Source of the DNA: Actinomycetes bacterium
GTDB lineage: Bacteria > Actinomycetota > Acidimicrobiia > Acidimicrobiales > JAMCPL01
NCBI GenBank assembly: GCA_021841005.1
Contig: JAKBVZ010000036.1
Coordinates: forward strand, 33,933 to 97,932
Direction: 5' to 3'
DNA: 64,000 bases
Of this stretch, positions 20,140 to 29,899 are shown one piece after another (position 1 is the stretch's first letter; each line of letters opens with the position of its first letter). The notes beneath the pieces are model-generated. The model saw only the letters and a list, made by a program, of their open reading frames with translations, was not told where the DNA came from and made no database searches. The position numbers and the translations under genes are program-made.

Positions 20140-21249
20140 TTGAACGAACCAGCCCCCTGCATCGAGCTTACGATTGTCATACCGGCCTACAACGAGTCGC
20201 AACGGCTCCCTGCAATGCTCACCCGCCTGCTCGAGGGGTTCGCTAGCGGTGCCTTCAGCCACCTGACAACTCAGGTACTCGTTGTGGACGATGGGTCAAA
20301 CGACGATACAGCTAACGTAGCAAGATCTTATTTGCGGGACTTGCCGTGGGCAGATGTTGTAAGGATGCCGGCAAACCGTGGCAAGGGCGCCGCAGTGCGC
20401 GCCGGAGTCGTAAGGGCCAGAGGCGAGAAACTCGTGTTCATAGATGCCGACATGTCCATAGACCCGTACAGTATCCCCACTCTCGTGACCTCTCTCGACC
20501 ATGCCGACATTGCAGTCGGTTCCCGTGCGCATCCGCAATCGTGCGATGACGGGCCGCTGGTGAGCCGTAACGTGGCGGGTAAGCTTTTCAATATTGCCGT
20601 ACGCAGGGCCACCGGACTTGACATACTCGATACCCAGTGTGGATTCAAGGGTTTCAACACCCGAGTGGCAAAGCTGCTCTTCCACCTGTCTACAATAGAT
20701 CGTTATTCCTTTGACGTAGAGATACTATGGATGGCCAGAGCACTGGGCATGACCATCGCCGAAGTGCCGATCACCTGGAAACACGTTCCTGGCAGCCATG
20801 TACATGCACTCTCCGATGGGTGTTCCATGCTTCTCGACATTCACCGGGCACTTTCACAACCACCATTGTCGCGTGGAGTACCGATAATCACCGTATGGCC
20901 CCCGAGGGAAGCCCACAGCAGGCTTTCAACGGCCAAACCGGCAGGATCTGGTGGAGGAGCTAGTGGAGGAGCTGTTGCCGGGAATGCCGCATGGGTGGAA
21001 ACCGTCAAGCAAACCGTAAGGGCGAGTAACCTGGCCATTCCTTGGCAAGGAGGAGCGGAAATAATTATGCCGCTCAGTTCGGCACCCGAAAGGCATGCCA
21101 TGATCACCTCGTTGGTCCACCGACTGCCTGGAATCGAATGCGAAGAATCATGGGCAACAGTTGGCAGCTTGGTGCAGTCGGGAATAATATGGCCAACCCG
21201 CAAACTACCAACACCGTCCCCGCAATTCATTACCGAAACGCCCACCTGA
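20140..21249 (+). CDS. GT2 polyprenyl-phosphate glycosyltransferase (dolichyl-phosphate beta-glucosyltransferase-like) with C-terminal extension
   Basis: VIPAYNE, VDDGSND, NRGKGAAV, DADMS, DTQCGFKGF, FDVEIL. Confidence 0.9.
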   Translation: MNEPAPCIELTIVIPAYNESQRLPAMLTRLLEGFASGAFSHLTTQVLVVDDGSNDDTANVARSYLRDLPWADVVRMPANRGKGAAVRAGVVRARGEKLVFIDADMSIDPYSIPTLVTSLDHADIAVGSRAHPQSCDDGPLVSRNVAGKLFNIAVRRATGLDILDTQCGFKGFNTRVAKLLFHLSTIDRYSFDVEILWMARALGMTIAEVPITWKHVPGSHVHALSDGCSMLLDIHRALSQPPLSRGVPIITVWPPREAHSRLSTAKPAGSGGGASGGAVAGNAAWVETVKQTVRASNLAIPWQGGAEIIMPLSSAPERHAMITSLVHRLPGIECEESWATVGSLVQSGIIWPTRKLPTPSPQFITETPT

Positions 21250-21361
21250 ACTAAGAGGCTCAATCACCAGCACCGTATCTGCTGGTACCCGCAATTACCG
21301 CCAGCGCACACCACCACATGTCCGCTGGCAAGCGCAGCTGGATAGCGATAACATTCATTAT

Positions 21362-22330
21362 GTGGCTATCGACAAGGCTCCAGGCAAGCCAAGCAAGACA
21401 CCATTGAACAAACTGGAAGCACAGGCACTGTCCCCAGACCCAGAAGGCTCCAGGGAAGAAACGGGCCTCGTGCCTGTACAGTCACTTCAGGATACAACTG
21501 CACCGGGCGATGGTTCGGCTTCCGTCGATCAGGACCGGCTCGGAGACGTGGACGAATGGGGACGGTCGGAACATATGCGCGCGATAATGCGACAACTCAT
21601 GGATCCTTTTTACAATCACTGGTTCCGGGTAGAATGGGAGGGCCTCGAAAAGATACCCAGAGAAGGTGGCGCATTGCTCGTGGCCAACCACGCCGGAGCA
21701 ATCCCGCCGGATGCTCCCATTATCATACATGGCATAGAGAAGGAATTGGGGCGCCCTGTCTATGGCTTAGCGGATTATTGGTTCAGGACCATTCCCTTCG
21801 TGAACGTCATGTGGTCACGCATGGGCGGCGTAACGGCTCATCCTGACAATGCCCTGAGGATTATGCGTGACAACCGGCAACTTGCGCTCGTCTTCCCCGA
21901 GGGCACCAAGGCGACATCAAAGACTTTTTCTGACCGGTACCGGCTCAGGCGCTTTGGCAGGGGCGGCTTCGTGGAGATCGCCATGCGTGCGGGAGCGCCC
22001 ATAATACCCCTAGCGGTAGTCGGCGCGGAGGAAGCTATGCCTATCCTGTTTCGCGTGCCGGGCATAGCATCGATGCTCAATCTCCCCTACTTTCCTATTA
22101 CCGGCAATATGCTTGCATTTGGTCCGGTGCTGGGGCCTTTGGGTTGGTTCCTCTACTTCCCATCCAAGATCAAGATCAAAGTGCTGGATCCAATCCATTA
22201 CGATGTCGAACCAGGCCAGGAGCGCTATTCCAGGAGCTTCGTCATGGAGGAAGCCGAACAGGTACGTACAATGATACAGGATGCTCTCTATGATATGTTG
22301 AGAGACCGCAAGAGTGCCTTCTTGGGATAG
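21362..22330 (+). CDS. Lysophospholipid acyltransferase (PlsC family, Rv0502-like)
   Basis: NHAGAIPPD (HX4D-type), VFPEG, FGRGGF, APIIP. Confidence 0.9.
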   Translation: MAIDKAPGKPSKTPLNKLEAQALSPDPEGSREETGLVPVQSLQDTTAPGDGSASVDQDRLGDVDEWGRSEHMRAIMRQLMDPFYNHWFRVEWEGLEKIPREGGALLVANHAGAIPPDAPIIIHGIEKELGRPVYGLADYWFRTIPFVNVMWSRMGGVTAHPDNALRIMRDNRQLALVFPEGTKATSKTFSDRYRLRRFGRGGFVEIAMRAGAPIIPLAVVGAEEAMPILFRVPGIASMLNLPYFPITGNMLAFGPVLGPLGWFLYFPSKIKIKVLDPIHYDVEPGQERYSRSFVMEEAEQVRTMIQDALYDMLRDRKSAFLG

Positions 22331-22344
22331 GTAGACGTAACGCC

Positions 22345-23382
22345 ATGGGAAGAAGAGTACTAATTACAGGAGTTGACAAGTTCTGGGGAGGCAGGATGGC
22401 GCAGGCGCTGGAACAGGATCCTGACTTCGATGTCATCCTGGGAATGGGAACGAAAGAGCCACGAGTCGCGCTCGAAAGGGCAGAGTTTGTCCGCTCGGAT
22501 CAAGCATACTCCATACTGTCACGGATAGTACGGGCAACTCATGTGGATACGATAATACACACCTTCGTAATCACCAACACCTCCGAAGCCAGCTATCGAA
22601 CCCTTCACGAGACAAATGTGATCGGTACCATGAACCTGCTGGCTGCAGCAGGACAGCGTGGCAGCATGGTTCGGCAAGTGGTGGTAAAATCGTCCTCCAC
22701 GGTATATGGAGCTACCGAAAACGACCCAGTATGGTTCAGGGAGGAGACTCCCCGCTCTAAGTCGGTTCGCTCGAGGCTGGAGCGGTCCCTGATTGACGTG
22801 GAACAGCTTGTAAAGGACTTCGCCGAGGATAACCCTGCCACCGTGGTAAGCATGGTCAGATGCGCCAACGTCTTGGGTAGCGAAATCGTCACCCCGCTGA
22901 GTTCCAACCTGGCACGTAAATTTGCTCCTGTAATCGATGGCTTCGATCCGCTGGTGCAATTTGTGCATGAATCTGATGTGGTCGAATGCCTGCTGCACCT
23001 CACCAGGAAGCGAATACCCGGCCTGTATAACCTGGCAGGTGACGGTAAGATCCCATGGAGCGAAGTGCTCGGAATATGTGGGACCAAAGCCATGCACCTG
23101 CCTGCCTACGGAACCATGAATATTGCATCTCTACTGGTGCACCTAGGGCTCATCCACTTCACCCCGGAGATGGAACCGTTGCTGCGCTATGGCCGGGGAA
23201 TTGACACGACCAGGATCAAGCGCACGGGTTTCGAACCTCGCTACACGACAGCCGGAACGGTGCGAAACTTTATCAAGGCGATGAGACTGGCGCGGAATAT
23301 GGGAAAGGAACCGCCATCTTATACCTTCGAGCAGGACATAGAACAGTTCTTCCGCCACTCTCCGGCCGTCGTGAGGAGCTGA
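22345..23382 (+). CDS. NAD-dependent epimerase/dehydratase (Rv0501-like)
   Basis: VLITG, NVIGTMNLLAA, KSSSTVYG, GFDPLVQFVH; adjacent to the acyltransferase as in other actinobacteria. Confidence 0.88.
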   Translation: MGRRVLITGVDKFWGGRMAQALEQDPDFDVILGMGTKEPRVALERAEFVRSDQAYSILSRIVRATHVDTIIHTFVITNTSEASYRTLHETNVIGTMNLLAAAGQRGSMVRQVVVKSSSTVYGATENDPVWFREETPRSKSVRSRLERSLIDVEQLVKDFAEDNPATVVSMVRCANVLGSEIVTPLSSNLARKFAPVIDGFDPLVQFVHESDVVECLLHLTRKRIPGLYNLAGDGKIPWSEVLGICGTKAMHLPAYGTMNIASLLVHLGLIHFTPEMEPLLRYGRGIDTTRIKRTGFEPRYTTAGTVRNFIKAMRLARNMGKEPPSYTFEQDIEQFFRHSPAVVRS

Positions 23383-23406
23383 GAATACCTTGATCATGGA
23401 GACGCC

Positions 23407-23883
23407 GTGGACCATATAGGGGTGGTGGATACCATGTTCGCCCGCGTCGACATGGCTGCAGAGGCAATGGATGAGTTGCGCTCATGCGATGGATATGGCA
23501 GCAAATTCGAGGTGGTCCATAGAACTGTACCCGGCTTCAAGGATCTGGGGGTCGAATGCAAGCGCCTGATCCACCTGCACGGGTGCAATATAGTCATTGC
23601 CATCGGCATGGCCGGGAGCGCCCCTGTGGATCAAATCTGCGCGCATGAAGCCAGCCAGGCCATCATGCTGGCACAACTGCTGACAAATACACATGTGCTC
23701 GAAGTTTTCGTATACGAAAACGAGGCTGATGATCCATCGAAGCTTGCGGAAATCTGCAGGCAACGTGCCCGCAAACATGCACGCAACGCCTACTGGCTTC
23801 TCTACGATCCAGATCAGCTCGCAAGGAGGGCAGGGCAGGGTATCCGCCAAGGGGCTGCCGATGCAGGTCCGTTGCCGGAGTAG
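23407..23883 (+). CDS. ribC: Archaeal-type (pentameric, lumazine-synthase-fold) riboflavin synthase
   Basis: GVVDTMFARVDMA, RTVPGFKDL, CAHEAS, AQLLTNTHVLEVFV and AGQGIRQGxxDAGP match the archaeal riboflavin synthase signature (GIVDTTFARVDM...TVPGIKDL...CAHEAS...GLRQG..DAGP) as recalled. Confidence 0.9.
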   Translation: MDHIGVVDTMFARVDMAAEAMDELRSCDGYGSKFEVVHRTVPGFKDLGVECKRLIHLHGCNIVIAIGMAGSAPVDQICAHEASQAIMLAQLLTNTHVLEVFVYENEADDPSKLAEICRQRARKHARNAYWLLYDPDQLARRAGQGIRQGAADAGPLPE

Positions 23884-23988
23884 GGCATTACCTGCTTAGG
23901 GCATTACCTGCTTAGGGCATTACCGGAGTAGGGCATTACCGGAGTAGGGCATTACCGGAGTAGGGCATTACCGGAGTAGGGCATTACC
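23881..23988. repeat. 16-bp tandem repeat TAGGGCATTACC(TGCT/GGAG), 7 copies
   Basis: Begins at the ribC stop codon; two variant unit types (2x TGCT, 4x GGAG, then a partial unit). Confidence 0.95.
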
Positions 23989-24148
23989 TAGCTGCTTAGA
24001 AGTCCTCCGGCGTAGGACATACTAATGTACGATATTCGTGTCATAGGATATTCACGTTATGGGATATTGACACATGCTATGCTATGCTATGCTCCAAGCG
24101 CTCTTTCCAGCCGGGCTCTTGACCACCTGACTGGAGGTACCGGTCAGA

Positions 24149-26089
24149 TTAGTAGCCAAGCTCCATGCTCTTCCCTATTTCCCTGGATTGCTCCGGCCCC
24201 ATATGCAGCCTTAACCTGGTCTGACGAACCATTCTCTCCAGATCATTGGTCTCAGCCAACCGCGCCAAGGAAGACCTGGCCGCGCTCGGCTCATCATTGG
24301 CATATGCATTATCATCTGCGTCGATACCATGTGCCGGACCGCTTCCTGCGTCTCTTGCAGAACCTGGCAGATAGCCACTATTGGAGCACCAATAAGGGTC
24401 GGTAGTATGAAGATCCATGTGCTTACGGCCTTCCTGCAACCATCGGTCGGCATAGGCTTGGATGCTCTCCCTCGTTCGCGTCCAGACGGCCAACTCGACG
24501 GGATGAGCAGGCCGTGGCCCTATCCTCTCCATCCAGCTATTCACGACACCTGCAGACGTGACATCTACGGATCGCGCAGGCGATCCTGCGACCCTGCCTG
24601 CTCCATCTTCAGGACTCTGTCCGGTACCTTGCATCTCGAGATGCCTACCGTAATCCACCATGGTTTGCTCCACTAGGATAGCCTTCCAGCGAGCAAAAGC
24701 GCTCTTTACCGAATGCAGCTCATGACGCTCTTCATGCACGCCCACTCGCATTTTCTTACCCGTGTTGTCCAGCACTGAATCCACCGTTTGCTCGATCTGC
24801 CCCAAAGACGCACCCTCTGTCAACGCACCGCTCCAAGCCCGCACAAGTTCCCTGCGGCATACTGGCACGCCTCTCTCCGCGAGGGAGTCCAAGGCACGCA
24901 TCCCAGCCTCAACCATCCTATTCGCGCTCTCCCCTACATCCGGCGAGCGCTGCGGAGACCTGTCCAACACCCCTTCGAGTTGCCTAGGTCCAAGCCCTCT
25001 GTGGATGGCGCGTTCTCTCCATGTGGCAACCAAGTCGTCTGCCGATATGGACAGATCCTTCTCCGGTCGAGTGGCCATTCCTGCGACATATCGGGCACGA
25101 GACGACGCGCCTGCACTGAGTCCGAAAGAATTCAGGCGATCGTGAATCTGTGCCTGCCGCGTGGAGAATTCTTCTATCACATCTCGCGAAATGCCCTTGA
25201 TGTCTGCCCTTCCTCTCACCGGCGTGTTCCACTCCACTCCAAGGCTGCTCGCCAGGTCATGACGCAACACTGCATGATAGAGTGCGTCTGCAGCACTCCT
25301 GTGCGCATAAAGCCCTCGCCCATCCAGCGCAGACCAATCCAGCGCAGACCAATCCAGCGCACCGGCCTGGATACCGCTCGGCCTGCCATGAGCGTCCGGC
25401 AAAATGATGCCGGCACCGGCGCCAGGCCCGTTGAGAGGTTCTCCGTCGCCGTAGCCGTCCAGGCCTATACCCGTGGTGTCGCCAACTTCGATATCCGTAT
25501 CAGCACCCATGATCTTGACGGTGCCGCTGAATCCGATATTGGCCACCACCGAATGCGTATGCAGATGCGGATCGAGAGCGCGAGATGTCCTGTGTAGGAA
25601 ACTTGCTCCCAGCGCGCCACCTGTGGGAAGGACCACCCTGCCCACACTGGTTTCCACCGACTCATTGGACGCAATGTGATCGGGAAAACCCCGAGCATGA
25701 CCACGCTGGCGCCGTACGGCCAGACCGTGCTCCTCCAGGTAAGAAAACGCCTCTGAAACAGCATGGACGTGTCCCGACACGACCCGCTCAGCAACCTCTG
25801 TATCCCCCAGGGTAGCCAGCAGGCTGACCGATTTCGGTGCGCAAAAAGTAAGGTCAAATCCTACAACCTTGACCCTTCCCTGGTTCGCCGAGAGATTCCC
25901 GCCGAAAGGGTCACGGCCTGACAGCATCAGCCGCCATTCTTCGGGTGTCACGATACCGTCCAGTCCAAAGACTGCCATGCCGCGCCCTACCCATGACCCT
26001 AATGGCTCCACCTGCCTGTTCCCCAGCACGCCGGTAGGCAACAAGTAATAATCTGCTCTGCCGTAGCCCAGTTTCGATAGTCGTAGCAC
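24149..26089 (-). CDS. MobF (TrwC/TraI-like) relaxase lacking a helicase domain
   Basis: Start GTG at 26089 with GGAGG Shine-Dalgarno. ADYY catalytic tyrosines, GFDLTFCAPKSVS, HRTSRALDPHLHTH HUH motif, FSTR, TRPEK. No Walker A motif seen. Confidence 0.9.
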   Translation of the reverse strand: MLRLSKLGYGRADYYLLPTGVLGNRQVEPLGSWVGRGMAVFGLDGIVTPEEWRLMLSGRDPFGGNLSANQGRVKVVGFDLTFCAPKSVSLLATLGDTEVAERVVSGHVHAVSEAFSYLEEHGLAVRRQRGHARGFPDHIASNESVETSVGRVVLPTGGALGASFLHRTSRALDPHLHTHSVVANIGFSGTVKIMGADTDIEVGDTTGIGLDGYGDGEPLNGPGAGAGIILPDAHGRPSGIQAGALDWSALDWSALDGRGLYAHRSAADALYHAVLRHDLASSLGVEWNTPVRGRADIKGISRDVIEEFSTRQAQIHDRLNSFGLSAGASSRARYVAGMATRPEKDLSISADDLVATWRERAIHRGLGPRQLEGVLDRSPQRSPDVGESANRMVEAGMRALDSLAERGVPVCRRELVRAWSGALTEGASLGQIEQTVDSVLDNTGKKMRVGVHEERHELHSVKSAFARWKAILVEQTMVDYGRHLEMQGTGQSPEDGAGRVAGSPARSVDVTSAGVVNSWMERIGPRPAHPVELAVWTRTRESIQAYADRWLQEGRKHMDLHTTDPYWCSNSGYLPGSARDAGSGPAHGIDADDNAYANDEPSAARSSLARLAETNDLERMVRQTRLRLHMGPEQSREIGKSMELGY

Positions 26090-26221
26090 CCTTGGACCTC
26101 CAAGATGCACAGTAGCATATTAGTATGGTTCATGTATCCTCATGGCATTACATAGCTAACTGTACAACTGTAGCCATACAGCACCCGCCCCTTGAGGTAG
26201 GAGGAGCGTAACGACTGCTGA

Positions 26222-27199
26222 TTATCCAGAGATATAGCGATCCAGTACCCTTTGGGCAGCTTGACGGCCCAACCCTATGAGTTCCGGTGGTTCGACCACT
26301 TCGACGTAACCCCCCAACTGCAAGAGCAATCTTTCCAGGAATACGTGGCTACCTGCATAAATCGTTACGACGAGGCTACCGTCCTCCCTCTCTTCGGCGG
26401 ATTGGAGTGGGTATGATTCAATTACCGGCCTCGCTTCAGGTCGCACCAGCAGTGTCACCACCATGGAGTCAGGGGAAATAGCTAACGGCTCTACAAAAGT
26501 ACCGGCAGCATCATCGAATGGCACTCCCGCTCGCAACCCATGGAGGTCCTGGCAGGCAGGTTCTCCGGTCGGCCAGGCAGCATGTATCCTAGACACCCTG
26601 AAACGCCTGGGGCCGTTGACCAGATGGCAGAATGCGTCCAGATACCATTGACCCTCGATAGACGACAGTGCCACTGGATCAATCGTGCGACTGGACATCT
26701 CGTCTCGCGAGAACGAATAGTACTCGATAGTGACCTTCTCCATCTTCTCGAGAGCTTCCTTGAGTACACCGGTCAGGGCAGGTGAACCCTCGACATGCGC
26801 TCGAAGGGCACTGGTCTTCTCCCCTGTCGCCTTCTCCAACTTCTGAAGGACACCGGCAAGCACATCATGGTCCTCCATGGTCGCCCACGACAGCATGGCC
26901 CTTGCCATGAGAATGAAGCCGAGTGCATCCTGGTATGTAAGGCGGCGCGGGCGCAGCAAGCCCAAGCCAGGGCTGGCCGATACCCGGTCGCCATCCACGA
27001 TGATCTCCAGCAGCTGATCAGGTGTATAAGGAGGCCGGCCGCAGCATGCGGCCATTTCCAAGTCAGATACCAGCTCCTCTTCGTCCACCTCGAACTTCAC
27101 GGCAAGCTCGGAGAGCGACATGGAACCCTTGCTCACAAGCGCCATCATGATCGCAGAGAGCCGCGTAAAACGGGGACCTGCCGCTGGGCGAGGACTCAA
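26222..27199 (-). CDS. pafC: WYL-domain transcriptional regulator PafC-like
   Basis: N-terminal HTH, CGRPPYTPDQL, RRL, YYSFSRDEMSSRTIDP, WYLDAFCH, RRFRVSRI. Confidence 0.88.
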   Translation of the reverse strand: MSPRPAAGPRFTRLSAIMMALVSKGSMSLSELAVKFEVDEEELVSDLEMAACCGRPPYTPDQLLEIIVDGDRVSASPGLGLLRPRRLTYQDALGFILMARAMLSWATMEDHDVLAGVLQKLEKATGEKTSALRAHVEGSPALTGVLKEALEKMEKVTIEYYSFSRDEMSSRTIDPVALSSIEGQWYLDAFCHLVNGPRRFRVSRIHAAWPTGEPACQDLHGLRAGVPFDDAAGTFVEPLAISPDSMVVTLLVRPEARPVIESYPLQSAEEREDGSLVVTIYAGSHVFLERLLLQLGGYVEVVEPPELIGLGRQAAQRVLDRYISG

Positions 27200-28200
27200 T
27201 GCGAGATCGACCTCTTCCCCGCTGTGCGCCCGGACATGGAGCGGAGCCTTGCCACCAGTCCATCGGTTACCTCAGGTGGACCAAGGATCTTTGCGTGCAC
27301 ACCCATGGAGAGAACCCACGAATACAGCGCCTCAATATTGACTACGTCCAGAGAAAACACGGTACCGCCTTGAAGTCGCTCAACGACTTTTTCGGTACCC
27401 AGGTCGAGTTCGACTTCCGAAGCCATAGGATGGTCCACCAGCACTTCCACTTTGACAGGGTCACCTTCCGCCATCATCCACACAAAGTCGGCAGTACCAT
27501 CCACCGGCACGTTGGCCTGATCATCCACCGGCACGTTGGCCTGATCATCATGCCCCTTATCCGGCTCCATTCCAACTGTGACCTCTCCCTTAATGCGATC
27601 CAACCGGAAGGTACGGCGAGAGTGCTTGTCTATGTCCCAGGCCACAAGATACCAGTGACCCTTCACAAAATTTAGCGTCCCCGGCATCACATGACGAATC
27701 TTCTCCTGATAGCTGAATACGGTAGGCCGCTTTGTCACGATACCCTTGTAAAGTGTGTTCAATACGGCTCCTGCAGGCAAGCTTATGAATAGGTGCGCAG
27801 ATGATGGCGAGCTGTAACACAATGTGCTATTATCGGGCTGCGATCTGACAGCCGCCAGCACCATGTTCAGTACAACCTGCTCGTTTGGGGTAAGGCCCAA
27901 GTCCTCGATGAAGTAATCTTCCTGCCTGATGCGGTACCCGAGCTTTGATGCATCCTCGGTCAACGGCTCTGTGCTCACCGGTATGCCTTCAGCGCTCAAC
28001 AGATTCCGGTCTCTCTCGAACGCTTGTCGCCTGGCTTCGATACCTGTAGGATATCCAGGCACCTGGTCAGCTATGTTCTGCAGGGTAAGCGGGTACTTGG
28101 TGTTACTCAGTAGCAGCGTCAGATCGATCAACCTCTCCACACGGTCTACCTTGCCGGAAGCGGTGGCCGCTACTGCCGGATTCATGACACGCTCCTCCAT
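27196..28200 (-). CDS. pafB: WYL-domain transcriptional regulator PafB-like
   Basis: RVERLIDL, VPGY, RQAFERD, GYRI, HWYLVAWD, RTFRLDRI; overlaps the pafC start. Confidence 0.88.
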   Translation of the reverse strand: MEERVMNPAVAATASGKVDRVERLIDLTLLLSNTKYPLTLQNIADQVPGYPTGIEARRQAFERDRNLLSAEGIPVSTEPLTEDASKLGYRIRQEDYFIEDLGLTPNEQVVLNMVLAAVRSQPDNSTLCYSSPSSAHLFISLPAGAVLNTLYKGIVTKRPTVFSYQEKIRHVMPGTLNFVKGHWYLVAWDIDKHSRRTFRLDRIKGEVTVGMEPDKGHDDQANVPVDDQANVPVDGTADFVWMMAEGDPVKVEVLVDHPMASEVELDLGTEKVVERLQGGTVFSLDVVNIEALYSWVLSMGVHAKILGPPEVTDGLVARLRSMSGRTAGKRSISH

Positions 28201-28386
28201 ATTACACCTCCCCCAATAACTACCCTATACCTGCTGCAGCATCTCATTCAGGTTGGCAGGCGATCTATCCGCATACTTGCTGATAGCCCGCACGCCCGTA
28301 CATGTCTCTGTAGCCCAACTTGCCCGCAACGCCTTCGGCGCCACATGGTGGAACCCAGACCACTGACCGCCCCACGGACCACCACA

Positions 28387-28959
28387 TCAATTATACATCC
28401 TCATGGCGGCCTCCACCCCCTGGGAAAGGATGACCTCCAACGCGTCGGCAGCTATATGGACTCCATCATTAAACTCGCGTCTGTGCATGCCACGAGGCCT
28501 GGAAAGCACGTAACCGGCGCCGGCTTCCCTGCTCCTCGGCTTTCCTATGCCTATCCTCACCCTCGTAAAGTCACTCGTATGCAAGTGCGCCTGGATGGAC
28601 AGTATGCCGTTGTGGCCAGCAGCACCGCCTCCCACACTGATCTTCACCCTGCCTGGCTCTATGTCCATCTCGTCATGCACCACGACGAGCGATGAGAAAT
28701 CGTCCAACGCACACCTCCTCATAATAGAACGTACAGCGATCCCAGACGCGTTCATGTACACAAGGGGAACCGCCAGAAGCACCGACCGGTCCGCCTCTTG
28801 GCCAGATATATTTACGTGCGTGCCTGCAATCCTGCATTTCGCGGCACGATCTCTTTTCATCTCCACGCCCAGACGGGTGGCCAGTATCTCTACGGCCAAA
28901 GCACCGGCATTGTGCCTAGTGCCCTCGAACTCGACACCGGGATTATTCAGCCCCACCAC
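28387..28959 (-). CDS. pth: Peptidyl-tRNA hydrolase
   Basis: VGLNNPG, TRHNAG, YMNASG, VVHDEMD, GHNG, RVRIGIG. The true start may be a few codons further upstream. Confidence 0.95.
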   Translation of the reverse strand: MVGLNNPGVEFEGTRHNAGALAVEILATRLGVEMKRDRAAKCRIAGTHVNISGQEADRSVLLAVPLVYMNASGIAVRSIMRRCALDDFSSLVVVHDEMDIEPGRVKISVGGGAAGHNGILSIQAHLHTSDFTRVRIGIGKPRSREAGAGYVLSRPRGMHRREFNDGVHIAADALEVILSQGVEAAMRMYN

Positions 28960-29116
28960 TATTACGGTCGGACGAGTACCGGCATCGCCACTGGACTTCT
29001 TGAAACGCTTCAGCGCACTCTATCCATGCAGGCGTGCCGACACCAGCACGTTTGAAGATCGCAGGGAATGTCCATCAGATATCCGGAGACGATCCTTACG
29101 CGGCCACATACCTGCT

Positions 29117-29770
29117 CTACCTGTCAGAGCTGTCGCTGCCGGACGTACCACCCTCCGCCTCACCGCCGAGTTCCGTTCCACCCTCGCCTCCCTCTGCGGC
29201 GATATCGCGCACTCCTTTCGGTACCATGCCAGCAACAACCAGGGCATCAGGATCGTTCTCCACCTCGACGCCAGGCGGTACATTTATATCAGCCACCCTT
29301 AGGGCTCCGCCGACAGGCAGGGAGGTAATATCCAACTCCAAGGAGTGCGGGATCGAACCGGGTAAGGCTGCGACAGTGACGCTAAAGAGCTGCTGGTCCA
29401 CAATGCCGCCCGCCATCTGCAAATGCGATGCATGCCCCGTCAAGGTCAGCGGTACCTCCACCGTCACCGGCTTGTCTGGATCGGTCACCTGGAAATCTAT
29501 ATGGATAGCGGTACCTTTAACCGGATGGCGCTGTATGTCCTTTGCCATCGCTGTATAGAATATCCCATCGACCTCTAGGCGCAGCAGCGCGTTCAAGCCG
29601 ACCTCTCCCTGCAATGCGGTCCTGAGCGCTTTTGCATCCACGTGCAACGCGTACGGACCCACGTCACGCCCGTAGAGAACCCCTGGAATCTTGCCCTCCC
29701 TGCGAAGTCGACGGCTCGATCTGCTTCCTGTTGCCCTGCCTGTTTCTGCTATCAAGGTTGTTTCAGCCAT
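29117..29770 (-). CDS. rplY: 50S ribosomal protein L25/Ctc
   Basis: SRRLRREGKIPGVLYG, IQRHPV, HIDF; prs-rplY-pth synteny. Confidence 0.95.
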   Translation of the reverse strand: MAETTLIAETGRATGSRSSRRLRREGKIPGVLYGRDVGPYALHVDAKALRTALQGEVGLNALLRLEVDGIFYTAMAKDIQRHPVKGTAIHIDFQVTDPDKPVTVEVPLTLTGHASHLQMAGGIVDQQLFSVTVAALPGSIPHSLELDITSLPVGGALRVADINVPPGVEVENDPDALVVAGMVPKGVRDIAAEGGEGGTELGGEAEGGTSGSDSSDR

Positions 29771-29899
29771 AGTGTCAGCTATATTAGCTCAAAATCGATC
29801 ACGCTCGATACGCCCCCGCTCGCCACCGAAACACCTAGTGGTCCGTCCCGTAAATGGCAGTTCCAAGCAACCTCCGGAAGTGAAACGACGCCCCGACCG

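Noticed and set aside
26090-26221. PafBC (RecA-NDp) or LexA box upstream of the relaxase
   Set aside because: No convincing TGTCGG-N10-TAnnnT or TCGAAC-N4-GTTCGA match by eye.
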